From: Rhodosorus marinus CCMP1338
Taxonomy: Eukaryota > Plantae > Rhodophyta
DNA: 64,000 nucleotides
Direction of reading: 5' to 3'
Assembly (NCBI GenBank): GCA_029953675.1
Contig: JAMWBK010000004.1
Coordinates: 1,550,001-1,614,000 of the forward strand
A program made the position numbers and the translations under genes. The stretch's first letter is position 1. Every line of letters begins with the position of its first letter. Of this stretch, positions 49,355 to 63,602 are shown piece after piece. The notes under the pieces were generated by a model that was not told the DNA's origin, made no database searches, and worked only from the letters and a program-made list of their open reading frames with translations.

Positions 49355-51604
49355 CTCAGCGATTAGCCATGCGTGAGAAACTTGCGTATGGTTGTATATT
49401 GTAAAATGCTTTGTGGTACTGTATTGATGACTAGGTTGTTGTTTGAAACTAGACTGCCGAGGAGTGATGTCGTTTCAAGAGCTTGATGGCTATCTCTATT
49501 TGAGTTTGAAATATGTAAATGTTATTTTGGTTTGCCAACTGTGTTCGACGCATCGCAAGTTATTTTGCGAGCACCAATACAAAAAAAAACACAGCTCTCA
49601 CGCGCTTAGAGTATCGCGCTGAATCAGAAAACATCTTTTGGGGTAGGGAAGCTGACTACTCTGGAAATAAGAGTGCGACATGGTAGTCCGGATGCATGCC
49701 CAAACTGAATTGTTACCCTGTTGCGCTAAGCGTACATTTCAAATGAGCAGTTCAGGTGTAGACCAGCGTTGAGCCTCATGCAATGAGAAGAAGCTCATCA
49801 CGAGAACCTGGGGCATACCTGTCGCTCATTGTGTCAATGGAGTTTGCCACAAGTCGCACATTCAAGTACAAGGCACTAACCGTCATGCTCTTTTTCGTGG
49901 AGTCCGTACGCTTGAGCCATTTACAAAACCACTCTGTAATCTCGTGCCCATTGGAATACAAGCAAGCGATTGCTGGTAGGCAGCTTCATCAAATGTAGGA
50001 AAGTTTTTCTTGGACGGCGTCTTTGACGGGCCATCACAGCCTACTCTAGATACTATCCCAGCTACTGGAATGTACCAAAGTGTATTCCACCAGACAGTGG
50101 TATGCGAGTGGAAAACTATGGATCAAGAGACGACTCCACCACCACATACCCTCTACAAGGGAGAAAGGTTCAATTTTCTTGGACGCTTACCTCTCAGCTA
50201 ACTAGGGGTCCGGATATGGCGTCTACAGAAGAACCTGTCCCGAAAGCGATTTGCAATTGGAACTGATCCGAAAAGGAGGGTTTCCCAAGAGCAAAAGGAA
50301 AGAAAGCTTGCTGTAAGAAAACCACTGATGTTCAGCAGGGCTGAATACGAGTCAAGAATTACATCCTCTGCTATGACACACACAAGGCTACAAAACACAC
50401 GCTCAGTGCCCAACCCTGAGGTCCTCTTCAGTTGTCAAGCGGTCGCGATCTAAGAACGACCGAAGAAGCGGGAGGTTTCCAGCCAAAACGAAGAAACCTC
50501 TTGGCGATAAAGTACAGTCGGGGGCAGTTAGCGCAGGATAGGGTTCAACAGTCTTATCCTCTCCGCTGGTCAGAGAGCGGCGTATACTGGCGTATACTAC
50601 GCCCAGCCCAACGCTTCCTTAGCCAGCTTCGTGATGTGCCAAAACACCTCGACATGGAAAACGAATCACGAAACATCGATTTTCATTCGCTGTTTCGTTT
50701 TTAAGAACGTTTTTAAGACGTTGAAAATTGTACTAAAACACGATATCCTCGCAGTTTTTTGACGGCCGGGAGGTCTCCTCTTAAGAATATCTTCAATTCA
50801 ATGAATTCTTTGTATAAATTCCTACTTGATTGGCTTATAAAATATTTATTAAAACAAACACAAATACTGTATCAGAAAAATCTACGAAAATAGACGTCCT
50901 AAAATTAAGCGGGCGAACGAATATTCTTGTTTAACAGATCGGAGGGGTTAAACGAATATACTTTTCCCGTTAAGACTGATTATTTTATCACTTAATACGA
51001 ATATTATCTTCTTGTCGATAATTAAGGGGGGTGGTTGGGGATATAGAAACAGATATTATCATTAAGTACTAAGAATTGAATGCTACAGGGTGACGTTGTG
51101 TCCATAATTTCAACTGGAAATTTGTTCCCACCCCCCGCTCCTTTTTTTTGAGCATATCATGATTTTAATTCATCTTGATAGGGGTATTGAAGTAGTATAT
51201 TATACCCCTGGGTGAGGAAGTGGTGGTATCGGAAATAGTAGTTGTTTACCTTTAATATGTTTTATATTTAATGAATATGGACGAAGTATGTTGATGAAAG
51301 AGGGTAAAAAATATTCGACTAGAATGAATTTTGAAATATCCGATTAGGGGTATTTTGTTTGGTGAGTGGCTATGGTGGAACGGGTTGTAAGGGGTGGATG
51401 GATTGATTGTATTTCTGGTGTCGATAGGATTTTGGATCGATCGAGGTGAACGTCGGAAAATAGCAGTGGCCGATGAGCTGGTATAAGACTGAGCTGGTTT
51501 GGGTTGGAGGGGGTTGGGTCAGGAGGAGGCTCTAGAGGAGTGTTCGTTTTGGTCTAGTTCTGTTCGAATCGTTGTTGTTTTTTTGAGCTTAGAATTGAAA
51601 CACG

Positions 51605-52433
51605 ATGGGTTCCAACCGGAACTGCTTTTTCGATATCACGATCGATGGCGTCCCTGCCGGCCGAATCGGGTTTGAGGTGAGATGAATCCTCGATCTGAAT
51701 ATGGAGGTTGGAACGGTCTACTGATTGTTTACTGTGCTGTGTAACGTTTATGCTTTGGGCGTTCTTTACGTGTCTACTCTGGCAATGGACGCCTCCTGTA
51801 GCTTAATGCAGACGTAGTACCGAAGACAGTGAAGAACTTTCACGATCTCTGCACCGGCGTTAATGGATATGGATACAAGGGAAGCAGTTTCCATCGGTAA
51901 GCGCCTAAGGAATACAGTGCAACTTTAGTCCTCCTGCGTCGTCGGCGGTTATAGAAGAATTCTGACAGATGCCTAAACCTGCGACGTATGCCAACGACCT
52001 ACAGTATTATCCCCGACTTCATGCTCCAGGGTGGAGATTTCACCAGAGGCAATGGGACAGGAGGAAAGAGTATCTACGGAGAGAAGTTTGCTGATGAGAA
52101 CTTCAAGTTGCTCCATACCGGCCCGGGTGTCCTGTCCATGGCCAATTCTGGAGCGAACACCAATGGCTCCCAGTTCTTCATCTGCACCGCGAAGACTTCT
52201 TGGTGTAAGTTGTGAGCTTCTCTATACATGGAGAGATTGTTCGCTGCTAAAATTGAGGTCTTCCATCCGTGTGCTTCTCTCCAAATTTTTCTTTGGCAGT
52301 GGATGGAAAGCACGTCGTGTTCGGCAAAGTTGTTCAAGGCATGGATGTTGTGAGGAATATTGAGAAATTGGGAAGCCAAAGCGGCAAACCCAATGCAAAA
52401 GTGACTATCGCTGACTGTGGAGATGGACTTTAA
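51605..52433 (+). CDS. CYP: Cyclophilin A-type peptidyl-prolyl isomerase, 4 exons
   Basis: [70 protein letters not shown] and [10 protein letters not shown]. Confidence 0.98.
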
Positions 52434-53929
52434 AAGCGAGGCGATACTTTTCACAGGAGTCTTTCTTGCTCCTGGATTTAGTACTACGTAGGAGGGCTAG
52501 GAACGCATCAGTTGTCAAGCCGCTAAAAAATCGAAAACCTACACAAGACAGCTAGTGGAGACGAAAAGAAAGAAGCCCCGTTTTCAAGAGACCACTATAA
52601 AGACGGTCGTCTCACATGAAGAAAACTCAACGAGGACGGAGTGGTCGTCTTCGCTTCCTGTAGAGCAGAACCTACGAACAACGAACAAAAAGGTCTGAAA
52701 TCCTCAGCTCCAGTCGTCGCTCGGTCCTCAAGTAGCCGGATGGCCACCTGAAGGTATCTGCTGAACCAGGAGGTTCTGCGGCAACCTGTCAAGAAAACCA
52801 CAGTCGATACTCAGATCGTGCGTTGCTGGTCACGACTCACAGCTTCACTGATCCCCAAACCGAGCTCTCTAGCGACGTCCGAGTCGTTCAAAAATGAACT
52901 TGCCTGCTTGCATTCCGTGAGGATTTTGCTGAAACGAGACCCGCAGCCTTTCCCGCACCAAACGTCAGCGTACTTGAACGGTGAACCCTTTTCGTGCACT
53001 GGCCCAAGCAGAGGAAGGAAAGGGTTGAGCCGACAGGTCACAGAAGATCAGAATCTAGAAAGCAATGGACAAGCTCTCAGGACTGAGTGCGGAGGCGTCT
53101 CCGACATAGTCAGGATTTCAAGCGACCGCTTGAGCCAGGGGGTTGGGCTAGTTGCTCATGACCTCCTAAACCCCTATCAATCCTTAAGGAAGGAACCGAG
53201 AGCGCTGGGAAGGCCACAAACAAGTACCGACCGACCCGGATAACCACAGGTCTGCCTTGAAGAGAGCTTGTTACGGCTTTTCTTTATCGGCGTCTACTTT
53301 TGGTTTCTAGACGCGCTTTCATCCTGCGTTTGAACGTGATACCTCTTCCTATCTCGATCACCACTTCTGTGAGTGTCGATCGAAAACTACTAAGAGTAGT
53401 TTTCGATCGTCCCGCTGGATCAGTCGCTACTGAAGACGACGATTGGGACCGTCCTAGAAAACCAAGTTGATGAAGCAAAGGCCGTCCGAACCAATTCTAC
53501 GAGCTCTTGAAACGAAGTGTAACTGGTCTAGTAGATCTCTAGAATAGTCTATACCGAAACGGAAGCGGACGCTTTGACCGATGCCTACTTCTGCATCCTC
53601 TCCAAGACCTTTGGTGAAACAAGCCTTCCTTCTTGTCGGTAAGGAAGAGACTTGGCTAAGCTATGGAAAGAGACAAGCGTAGATATTCTCACGTTTGAAA
53701 GCGAATGGAATAGGAACATATCCTTTTCGGATTGCCCTTGGATTCAGAACTTTGTTGTTAGTCGGCCAAAGCCTTTTCTAGGTAGAAAGAAGCGCGTGTA
53801 GATCTCTCCGATTGATGTTTGGGTGAAAAAGCAAAGGAGCAGAAGAGGCGATTCAGAACTGCGAGAACAGGAAATTTTTGCAGAGAAATGCCTGTCTTCT
53901 GATATGAAAGCGATTAAAAGAAAAAGAAG

Positions 53930-55465
53930 ATGACAGGCTGGCCTTCGCGTCCATGCGAGCCGGTTGAAAAGTATGAAAAGCTGAACCGGGTGGGTGAAGG
54001 TACCTACGGAGTTGTTTATCGGGCTCGGGATAAGAAGACTGAAGAGATCGTTGCATTGAAGAGGATAAGATTGCGACCTGAGAGTAGCAGAAGGGAAAGA
54101 GGGAGGCGAAAATCCAGTGATGCGAAGAAACAGAGGTTCGATGAGGAGGGCTTTCCCGTCACCTCCCTCCGCGAGATCGTGCTGCTTCAGAAACTCAGCC
54201 ATCGAAACGTTATCAACCTAAGAGAAGTCGTCGTCAAGCGTGGATCCAAGGTAAAACCGAAGATTTGGTCGACAACGTGTTCCTTCCACTTGGACTCTTA
54301 AAAAGCATCCGTCCTGTCGCGCCAGGTTGCGGACGACCGCTATTTCCTCGTTTTCGATTACTGTGACAACGACATTGGCCGTATTCTAGACGATCATCTG
54401 TACACTCGCAAAGAGAGGTTCTCTGAAAGTGAAGTGAAATGTATCATGACTCAAATCCTCTCCGGGCTAAAGTACCTTCATAGTGAATGGGTAAGGAAGT
54501 CAGCAAATTCCACAAACGCCTCCCTCAACATGGCTATAGACCTCTTCCATTTTGCTCATAGCAATTTTCTTTCGAATCTGCACTTCAGATCGTTCATCGA
54601 GACCTTAAAGTAAGCAATTTGCTTTACAATTCTCATGGAGAAGTTAAACTTGCGGACTTTGGCCTTGCGAGGTTTTTCGGATCTCCTCTACGCCCGTACA
54701 CTCCGCGCGTTGTGACTTTGTGGTAAGAGAAGAAAGATTCCCTGTCCACGTGAACGGCCAAATGGGAGCTGTGACAACGACATTGGCCGTATTCTAGACG
54801 ATCATCTGTACACTCGCAAAGAGAGGTTCTCTGAAAGTGAAGTGAAATGTATCACGACTCAAATCCTCTCCGAACCCCTGCGTCTTTGCACCTCGGTTTA
54901 CATCAAGGTATCGGGCTCCGGAGCTTCTACTGAGAGACGAGACTGTAAGTGACTCCCGGACGCTCCCGGAGGACGTGGGGAAGCTGCACTACTCGACGGC
55001 AGTAGATCTTTGGGCGGCTGGATGCATATTTGGCGAACTCTTGCTCGGGAAACCGCTACTTCCCGGCAAGGATGAGATAGACCAGCTCAAGAGAACCTTC
55101 GACCTGCTTGGCGACCCCAATGAAAGGTAAGGGTTGCACGGGCCCGCTGATCCAAGAGCGTGTTGTATTCGAATCAAACACGACGCTGAGGATTCTGCAT
55201 TCGGCGGCGCAGGATTTGGCCGAAGGTGGGAAGATTACTCGACAACATGAAGGTGTCAATAGCAAGTCAACCATACAATCGCCTTCGCCAGGTTTTCCCA
55301 CGGCTCGGAGGTAGCGGTTTGGATCTCCTTGATGGCCTTCTCGCGTACGATCCGCAGCAGAGGTACAGCGCATCGGAGGCACTCAACCATAAGTACTTCT
55401 CAGAAAAACCTTGGCCAGCTAAACCGGAGGAGATGCCAAAGTTCCAGACATCCCCAGACTTCTAG
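53930..55465 (+). CDS. Cyclin-dependent kinase, CDK10/CDK11 (PITSLRE-type) family, 5 exons
   Basis: [52 protein letters not shown] and DLWAAGC. Confidence 0.95.
54769..54872 (+). repeat. 104-bp copy of CDK exon 2 (54361-54464) inside intron 3
   Basis: Identical except one T>C (ATCATGAC vs ATCACGAC). Confidence 0.97.
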
Positions 55466-55963
55466 GTGACCCCTGCGAGTTTGAGACTGTTACCCTCGTC
55501 GCTTTCCAGTAGTGGGAAATGAGGCGCTTTCTAAGACCTTTTCTGCATTGTTCATACCCGTTATATGCACACATGGCCACAGCGGCTTATGGTTCCCGTC
55601 TTCACCAAGATAGTTGCAATGATACAAAGACTAGCTATTAAGAAAACCAAAATACAAGAGTATTATACAAACACGAAGTACACAAAGGCTGAGCATAGAG
55701 GGAAAAGCAGAGAGCAAGATACACACAAACCGTTGATGTAAGAAAGCCGAGCTATACTAACATGTGACAAAAGCAGCACAATACTCTTCTGTCTGGAAAA
55801 CTGTTCGACTGTCCTCAACGGCGGTATTGGGTGCACAGTGGTGATCGAGATCCGTCGCGGTGAGCACGGAGGTGTCGTATGAGACATTGACATCGACCCC
55901 TGTTGCCTTCTGCCGGGCCTCCTCGCCGCGTACCAGAGATCGAGCCCGTTATCTGAACTGCTG

Positions 55964-57814
55964 TTAGTTGATTCCATTTTCAGGATGAGATAGGCTTCTG
56001 TCCGAAAAAGGATTTTCTTCAGCGACGTGAGCTCCGTTCACTCTGAGCCTCAGGTCGTTGTGTCTCGGTGCGAGCTTTTCGTCTTCTGGGGTTTTCTCTC
56101 CGTGCTTCCGCATTAGCGAAATATCAAGATTGTCAACGGAGGCGGACTTGCTTTTGAGCGACATTCGCCGAACCAAGACCTGTCGATGGTACGGGGAAGA
56201 TCGTCAAGATTAGGCTCTATGCCACGAGCTCATAGAATTTTTGGCTACCTGCATACATCAGCCAGCGACTTCTGCCGCTGCTCCATGAACTTGGGACTGA
56301 TTCGATTTCGTTTCAGGAAACCGTCCCAGTTCACGTCGATTAGGTCGGCCTTCTCACATATCTTCTTCTTAACGCGAGCAGCGAATTGAGTAGACGTCTC
56401 CCCCGGCTGCAGCGATTCAGGCGGCAGGTAGTACACGTCAGCGACCACTGCCCAAGAGGTCATAAGGTCCAACAAGTGCCTCTGGAATGAGACTTGAAAG
56501 GAATTATAGTACGGATCCGAAAACTGCTTCTTGTACTTAATCGCAACCTGGCAGACCAGAAAAAGAAGATCTACATTAAGCGTGAATTTCATGAAGGAAA
56601 AAAGTCGAAAAAGCCTAGGACCTTACTGGGTAAACTTTGGCTCCCAGGTCGAAGCAACCCTTTTTGAACATGATGCAGTACTCGTTGTTGACACAGGTTC
56701 CTTCGGGAAACACGAGCATCGGTTCATTCTCCTCATTCTCAGTGTGAGCCTACAAAAACAAATGAGAGCATAGCAAGTTCAAATCCTGGTTTGCATCGTG
56801 ATACCGGAGGCACTCCCTTTGAAACTACCTTCAAAAGAGTATGCGCGACCATCCTATCTCGGCCCTCGGCACGATCAAACCACACATGGCTTTGAATGGT
56901 CAGCATCAGGTCTTGCAGAGCACCGGCGAGCCCAGAGCTCCTGCAAGGATGAAGAACGCGGCAACCGGTGAGACCGCTGGAAAAGTGCAAAGCTCTCTTG
57001 TCTTCTTTCTTACCTCTGTCCAATGAAGCTGAACGAGTAGTCCTTTAACATGACCATCGCGTCAATCAAACTCGTGTGGTTGCTCACGTAAATCTGGTTC
57101 GCTTCACGTTTAGGCCTTTTGCCATGGTAACGAATAATTCCACCAAAGCTGGCAACCCAGGCACTAGCATAGAAGCAGGCGGAGCGCTTGAGCAAGTACG
57201 CCTTCAATTTGCAGGGCGGTATCAGCAGACGAATCGAAAAGAAGATGAAGCAGAACGCCATGGTGCCCCACACGATGATCCCAATTCTCACTGGTAGGAG
57301 CACACAATAACGGACCCAGACGCCCACCGCCCAAAGTGGGAAAAACAAAGGAGGAATTCCAGCCGGACCGGCACTCCTCAACATGAAGTTCCACGGCTCC
57401 GGAGGAACGGAGGAGAAGGCCGCCGTCAGCGAGTCTCCTGCCAGAGCTTCGCCTGCGTCGCTAAAACACGACGCGACTTCCTCTATTGTGCAAAGCTTGG
57501 ATCCATGCGGACTCGTGGTAGCCCTCCGATCTACCAAGCTCTCCCACTCCTTGGGGCCGATCTCAAGCTCGGAGTTTATTCTGCGGATCCTTGTCACCTG
57601 ACAACAAAGGTAATGATGTTTTCATTGAGTCACAGATATCTGCAGTATTTGAGATATGCCTGGACTTGAGAACCCTCCATACCTCGCTTGAATTTAGCAG
57701 CGCATCGCCTCGAACGGGTTCAACAGCTTCCCTCCCATAGATGATCCGCCCACACAAGTTTAGGATGAACAAATAAGTTGTCCGAATTATGGACAAGTTT
57801 CTTATGGAAAGCAT
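55964..57814 (-). CDS. GPAT9: Glycerol-3-phosphate acyltransferase 9 (GPAT9/AGPAT6 family), multi-exon
   Basis: PPEPWN, RYCVLLP, YVSNHTSLID (HX4D), VWFDRAEGRDR, FPKEPVST-antisense/FPEGTCVN, AIKY and VDVYYLPP-like motifs. Start tentative. Confidence 0.93.
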
Positions 57815-60599
57815 GGCATAAGAAAGAGTAAGATAAACAACAAGGGGCAGGGCTCAAGCTTTCGCTTCAAAAGACATTGCCCAGATTGTACAAGTTACAC
57901 GAACTTCGCTCGCCGCGAAATCGCGCTCAGTAGTTCATCTCAATTTTCTCCCCGCGCTACGCAACCAACGAACTTGCGAAGCCAACCATCCGACCCAAAC
58001 TCCCAGCGCGCTGCTGTCCAACCCGCAAACCCCTAAACGTTCTTTTCCAAATCCTGTCACAACCCAATCAGGAACGAAGCGCCAGCTTCCCCTCTAGAAC
58101 CCAGCCAATCCCTCCCAAGCACAGACTCGACCCAGGCCCAACACTTCTCCGGACGCCTCCAAACTCCTCTTTCCGCAATTCAAAACCTCCAGTAACAACC
58201 ACCACCACACCCCCCCGGTCCAAAAAAAAAATCCTACTTTAACAACCAAAACAACACACACAAATACAAACCTCTTCTTCCCCAACCGTGGCTCCAAACC
58301 CACCTCACAAAAGCTAAAAAACCTCCCTTCCAATTCCCTCAACCAACCCCCCCTAAAAAACTATCCACAATCCCCCTCTCCATACAAATTTCCACACCGC
58401 CCTTTTCTTATTCGGTTAAAAAGACACACATACACAAACTACAACCTCTATTCCCTCTTACTCTTTCCTCTCCCACTCCTCCTCCTCCTCCTCCTCCTCC
58501 ATCCCCACCCTCCCACTCATTCTCTCTTCCCGATGTCCTTAAGTACAAACCCTCCTCATCTCCTAAATGTCCATCTCCTTCTCTCTCCCTCTTTCCCACC
58601 CCCCCCACAACCAAAACTCGACTTTGGGGCCTTTCTCTCTTCTTCATATTCTTCATTTTTAAACTGAAAATCAAAAGAACTCGGTCGGTGCTGGTAAGAG
58701 AAGTCTAACCGACATCATCAACCCCGGGGTAGCGAGTCCCACCTCAAGCACTGATTGTATACCTCATCCGAAAAAAAGAATACTTCCGTGTAGAAAATCA
58801 ATTGAAAATAAAGGGCTTGCGTAATATATGTTTTTGATATATATTTTAGGTGTTATTTCTGCCAGATGAAAAAAGACGTCCGATATTGTCTGATAAAAGA
58901 TCGGATTAGAAAAATACGCTATAGTTGCTGGCTGGTAACGAGTCGATTGGAATGTAAAAATGTTGGCGGGGTGGAGACCAAGCGTGAACAGGCTCGACCT
59001 TTCGAAGATGATAAGAATTTAAGAGGTTTGATCCTCGTGAAAATTCGGGATCCCCGTGATTCTACAAGGAGGGGATGAACAGTTCTGACTGGCCCATCAT
59101 GTACCAGTTGGATCAATCACTGATATTGCTACTAGCGTAACCCTCTACTGGGCAGCTGCCTACTGCAGCGCCATCATTATCTAAGGGGACAGGTCCGGGT
59201 ATCACCGCGACGGGGGTCCCCAGACTAAAGCAACCCTAGCTAGTTCAATCACTGATACTTGTCCAATCTTTGGCGGAAACGAGGACGATCCATCCACGCC
59301 ACCTAAAACTCGCGTCGGGCCTAGGGGGGGGTATATAATGTAGCTCTCTGAAAACGCGAACGTAATTCAGTACAAAACAAGAATGTTGGTAAAAATATAC
59401 TAAAAACATGCTTTTGGGACGAGAGAAAGTTAGGATCGATCCAACGGGTTTTTTTGTTGTTTTCTGTATGTTTTGTGTAGAGAGACGCGCAGGCACTGAT
59501 TTGGCAACTTTTCAGAACGATGTGGGGGAGAGCCGATTAGAAGTAGAAGAAGGAATGGGACTGCGGCTGGTTTGGAGGGGGGCGGGCGGGTGGAAGCTTT
59601 GTTTGATTCACTTGTATTGCTTGGATCATAGGGATGTATTAAAGTCTGACCCTCGTATTGCTGAGTATTGTTCTACGTCGAGCTCTGATATGAGTGAAGC
59701 ACGAATAGAGACCTCGCTGATCAGGTCTTCCATACAATATCTCCCGGGCTGATTGCTGACTTCTCTTTTCTGAGTCTTTGGTTCAGAATCATTTGAACTA
59801 ATTGTCCGAAAACCCGCCGATCCGTACCAAGTCCTGACTGGTGCAGCATCATTCGGAGTAATCCGAAGATGGGGCGATCTGTTCTTCCGGGCTAGACCAC
59901 TGGTCTCAGGGGTTTAGGGGCAGCAGCATCCCCTTCAAACCCATAGCCTCTATAACTGCCTGAGCAATCCTTGAAAAACCTCCGTACGTATGAAGAACCT
60001 GTATCTCGCTCCCCCAGACTGTGTTTCGAATTTCTTAAAAGCAAGAGGCATGAGCAAACGTATACACATACACATCTACTTCGTCCGTATACTTCAATGA
60101 GTCTGGATCATAAGGTATGACTAAAATTGAAGAAACGGATTGGGAACACTTCAATCCCCTTTTTTGCAGCTCAGACGACTTCGGCTTCGCTCGGCCTTGT
60201 TTTCGTTTTTTTCTGGGTTGCAGGAGGAGCTACAAGGCTGAATTGTAAACAGGATCTATCGTACTATTTGTACTAATGAAACAGGAGTTTGTCGACTCCT
60301 GAACTTCAGTCCTTGGCAGCTCTTGGGTGGAAGCTTGGAACAGAGGATCAATTTGTGAAGATATCTACAGATTGCTTCAATATATGCTTACGCGTCCTTG
60401 AACATCACTGTAGACTTTTACGACGTGGATGTCGTGATCGTGCGAGGTCTGACTTGTTCGGCTCGTGGCTTTCTGGAATGGTTCTTTTCTCAGTGTTCAA
60501 GTTTTTGGAAGACAGTTGTTCTGTTTAGTGCGTGTCAGAAAAGCCTGCATAGGTGCATTTCCTGTGTTTCGTAGGTCTCAGAATGAAGTTGGTGCCGCT

Positions 60600-61344
60600 C
60601 TATGCCTGGGCAACCAGAGTCTTCTGGTACGGCCCCCTCGCTTGATTTTTCGCCAAATACGCAGCCAGAGCAGGATGTGATTCTTCAAAGTTGGGAAAGC
60701 CTGGAAGCAATTTCCCAAGGGTGCTCAACAAGTACGTAACAGCTACGTCCGCGGCGCTGAACTTGTTAAATGTGCACATGAAATCTCTCGTTTTCAGGAC
60801 GTTTTCAATTATGTCCAGCGACTCATATCCTCGCTCCCTAGTTTTCTCATTAACTACCTACTCAGAGGAAAAGGTGTTAAGAGCCAGTTCTTTAGAACCG
60901 TCCTCATGCAAGGCCCGCATTTTGGTCAAAGTATGGATCACATACCGCAGGTCCGAAAGACGCATTCAACCATATTATCCATGACTCCATCTCTCTTCTC
61001 TGCTCCTCGCTCAGATCCAAACCGTCGAATCTCTTTGCCAAGTACCCTAGAATATTGGCGCTCTCGAAAATGACTGTCTCGTTCGTGTCATCCAGCTTCA
61101 TGCACGGCACTTTAAAGAACGGATGCGCATTCTTCGTAGGATCTCTGTGTTCATCCTGCCCCACGTCCAGCTTCACATAGTTGATCTCATCCTCAATATT
61201 CAGTTCGGCAATAAGCCAGTCCACCTGCGCAGAGCGCGACCTGTTCGTGGAAGCACGATAGTAACTTATCTGGTTACAACAAACGAGGTCCCGTCGAGTC
61301 CCAATAGCTCCTCTAACCAAACCAACATTCTGAAAGCCAATCAT
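60600..61344 (-). CDS. GST: Glutathione S-transferase, plastid-targeted, 2 exons
   Basis: RS..VDWLIAEL, NAHPFFKVPCM, FESANILGYL; exon 2 FSAADVAV...HPALAAY; MIGF transit-like start at 61344; intron gtatgt...gagtag. Confidence 0.92.
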
Positions 61345-61837
61345 GTTTATCAGCACTACACAGACAATCGAGAAAAAAAGGAATCTCGCTAGTAGGATCA
61401 ACTTCGAGTCTCTGAACAGATTCCCAGCATTCATCCCCCTCGCTGCGATCACGCTCTTAACTCAACTCGATGTCGTTCTGACATCCACAAGATCGACCTA
61501 TCAAGAAATAAATCCCTTTCAATATATGTTAGCAAATAATAAATATGCACGTGTCGTACAAAATTCCTTTCTGCTGGGCAATTGGATACCGTTTTTTAGG
61601 CTTTGTTTTATTCTTACTATTCAAATATTTTAGACAAATACAATTTATACATGTGTCTTTCTGGGCATCGGCGGTTTTGGTTGGATACCAGTGGTACGGT
61701 TGAGTGGGTGAGCGGGAGGGGCGAGCCTAGCAACTTGAGTACTATTTCGAGATCTGCCTGGTTTCCTGGTCTCTGACTAACCGGATGTAAGTTTCATTTC
61801 ACCAACGGAGCTGTTAATTTAGCGCGGAGACCCCCCC

Positions 61838-62095
61838 CTAGAGCTCAGGTGTTTGCTGGGTGATCGGAAGTGTTTCGGGAAGGTTCCTCTGGTGGATCGA
61901 TGTCATTTCATCAGGACCTAGGACCGGTATCGCAACCTTAAAGATGGACAGAAAGCTTTCCTCGCCTTTGGGGGTATTCGGGGGGGGGGAAAAAAGGTTC
62001 TTCACATGGTTGTAAAGTTTAATTGCATCCTTGGCTTGATCTTCCTCGTCCTTTTGTTTCAACTCTCTCCGCAATGTCCGCCGTTCACCCTCCCA
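61838..62095 (-). CDS. Possible terminal exon of an unresolved small gene downstream of Tic22
   Basis: Acceptor cttttcag precedes an open frame WEGERRTLRRELKQKDEEDQAKDAIKLY...; upstream exons not established. Confidence 0.3.
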   Translation of the reverse strand, partial: WEGERRTLRRELKQKDEEDQAKDAIKLYNHVKNLFSPPPNTPKGEESFLSIFKVAIPVLGPDEMTSIHQRNLPETLPITQQTPEL

Positions 62096-62377
62096 CTGAA
62101 AGCCCCGCTCTCAAAAGCATAAGTTGTTGGCAGACAGAACGCTGGTTCTCCTTGCGGGCACCACTTGTCGCGATATTGCCACTTCGGCTTTCATGAAAAA
62201 AGGTCTTAGTGCGTTTCTCCTCTAGACCCCAAAAAGATCATGTGGTTCGGTACGCCGAGCAACACCTGTTAGATAGGAGCTCCTTTCCGGATAGCGGGTC
62301 CTTGGTCCGCTCGATAGAGAAATCATTGCTTTGCCCCTGTACTGAAATAGCGTAATGCTGTTTTCTGCTTTTTCAGG

Positions 62378-63602
62378 CTACTCTGGCTGTGCGGTAGTCT
62401 GCATGCTTCGAACTTTCTCAATGCTCTTTCGAGACGGAAAGAAGCCAATGTTATCAAGCTAAGTTCGGACGCGAACGAACATGGAGACATAACTCAATAC
62501 AGTGAAACGAAATTCTCGAAAATTGGGACTGTGAATCTCACCGCTTTGTTCTCCATGCCTTCAAGAACTTTCACGAGGTCAACGACATGTACGGGAGGGG
62601 TTTTGGGCATGTCGGGTGTCTTTTCTCTCACGTTCTGCCAGGTCTTATCCAGATCTTCCTTAGAAAAATACAGTGGCACAACAAACTGCTTCCCAAGTCT
62701 GATTGTGAGTCCCTCAGCCAGGAAAACAGGGACCTGAGGTACTTGGTCCTTCGGGATGCCGTCCCGTTTCAATATTCTCTCAGCTTCTCGGACCTACAGG
62801 GATTGCAGAAGGAAAAGTTGCCGTTAAAAAAGCGTTGTCTGTCCAGATTTTTCGAACGCCTGTATGAAGCATCACAGAGGGCTAGGAGCATACCTCTCTA
62901 GTATCGGCATAGAATCTGAACACGACGAGAATCTCCCGGCCACGCTTGTTCATGATCCCTGACGGCAGAGCTTTGCCCTTCGCCTTTTTGTATGCCTCGT
63001 CCATGGTCAAGACATTGATTTCGGCGTTCTTCGTCATGTCTTGGCTCTTTTTCTTCAGTTTGTCCAGGACTTGCTCCGCGTCTTCGTAAGAGAAGAAAAA
63101 CACTGAGGCCTGCTCACCTTCCTGAACGTTGTCCACCTTTTGTATGTTTGTTTCCGAGAGACACGAATTAGCGAATAATCATTCGGCCCTTGTGGAGCTG
63201 GATGTTGGTCCAGGAGCGACTCACCTCTGCCAAAAACGGCCTTCCATCACGATCTGTAATTGCAAAAACCGGAACGTTCCTCAGCTTCTCCAATACGTTA
63301 TTTTTGGTCGGAAGAGAGACCCCGGTTTCCTTAATAACAAACTGAACCTCAGAGTCCGCTGGCAAAACTTGAGCCTTCACATCCTTCACCACCTCAGGCC
63401 TGAACACCATCCCAAGAGCGAAAGCTGCAGCCCCCAACGCCGCTCTCCGTATCGAAACCTTTCCTTCCCCACCCATTCCCATCTCCAACCGGCAAACAGA
63501 AGACGGCGATAGCGAGGACGAAGGGGACGGCAACCCATTCACGAATCGCCGATGCCTCTTCGCATTCAACTTCACAACACTACTCCCAACAAAACAACTC
63601 AT
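62378..63602 (-). CDS. TIC22: Tic22-family plastid intermembrane-space import chaperone, 4 exons
   Basis: EKLRNVPVFAITDRDGRPFL, FFFSYEDAEQ, VLTMDEAY, VPVFLAEGL, VPLYFSKEDL and IGFFPS; MSCFVG transit-like start. Confidence 0.93.

Noticed and set aside
54944-54982. Possible 39-nt intron in the CDK (gtaagt...ggaag)
   Set aside because: Shorter than other introns here and readable in frame without a stop; cannot distinguish intron from a 13-aa insertion, so not called.
58690-59260. Possible box C/D snoRNA cluster (TGATGA/CTGA words, repeated TCAATCACTGATA at about 59114 and 59246)
   Set aside because: No convincing C/D pairing, terminal stem or recognisable rRNA-complementary guide.
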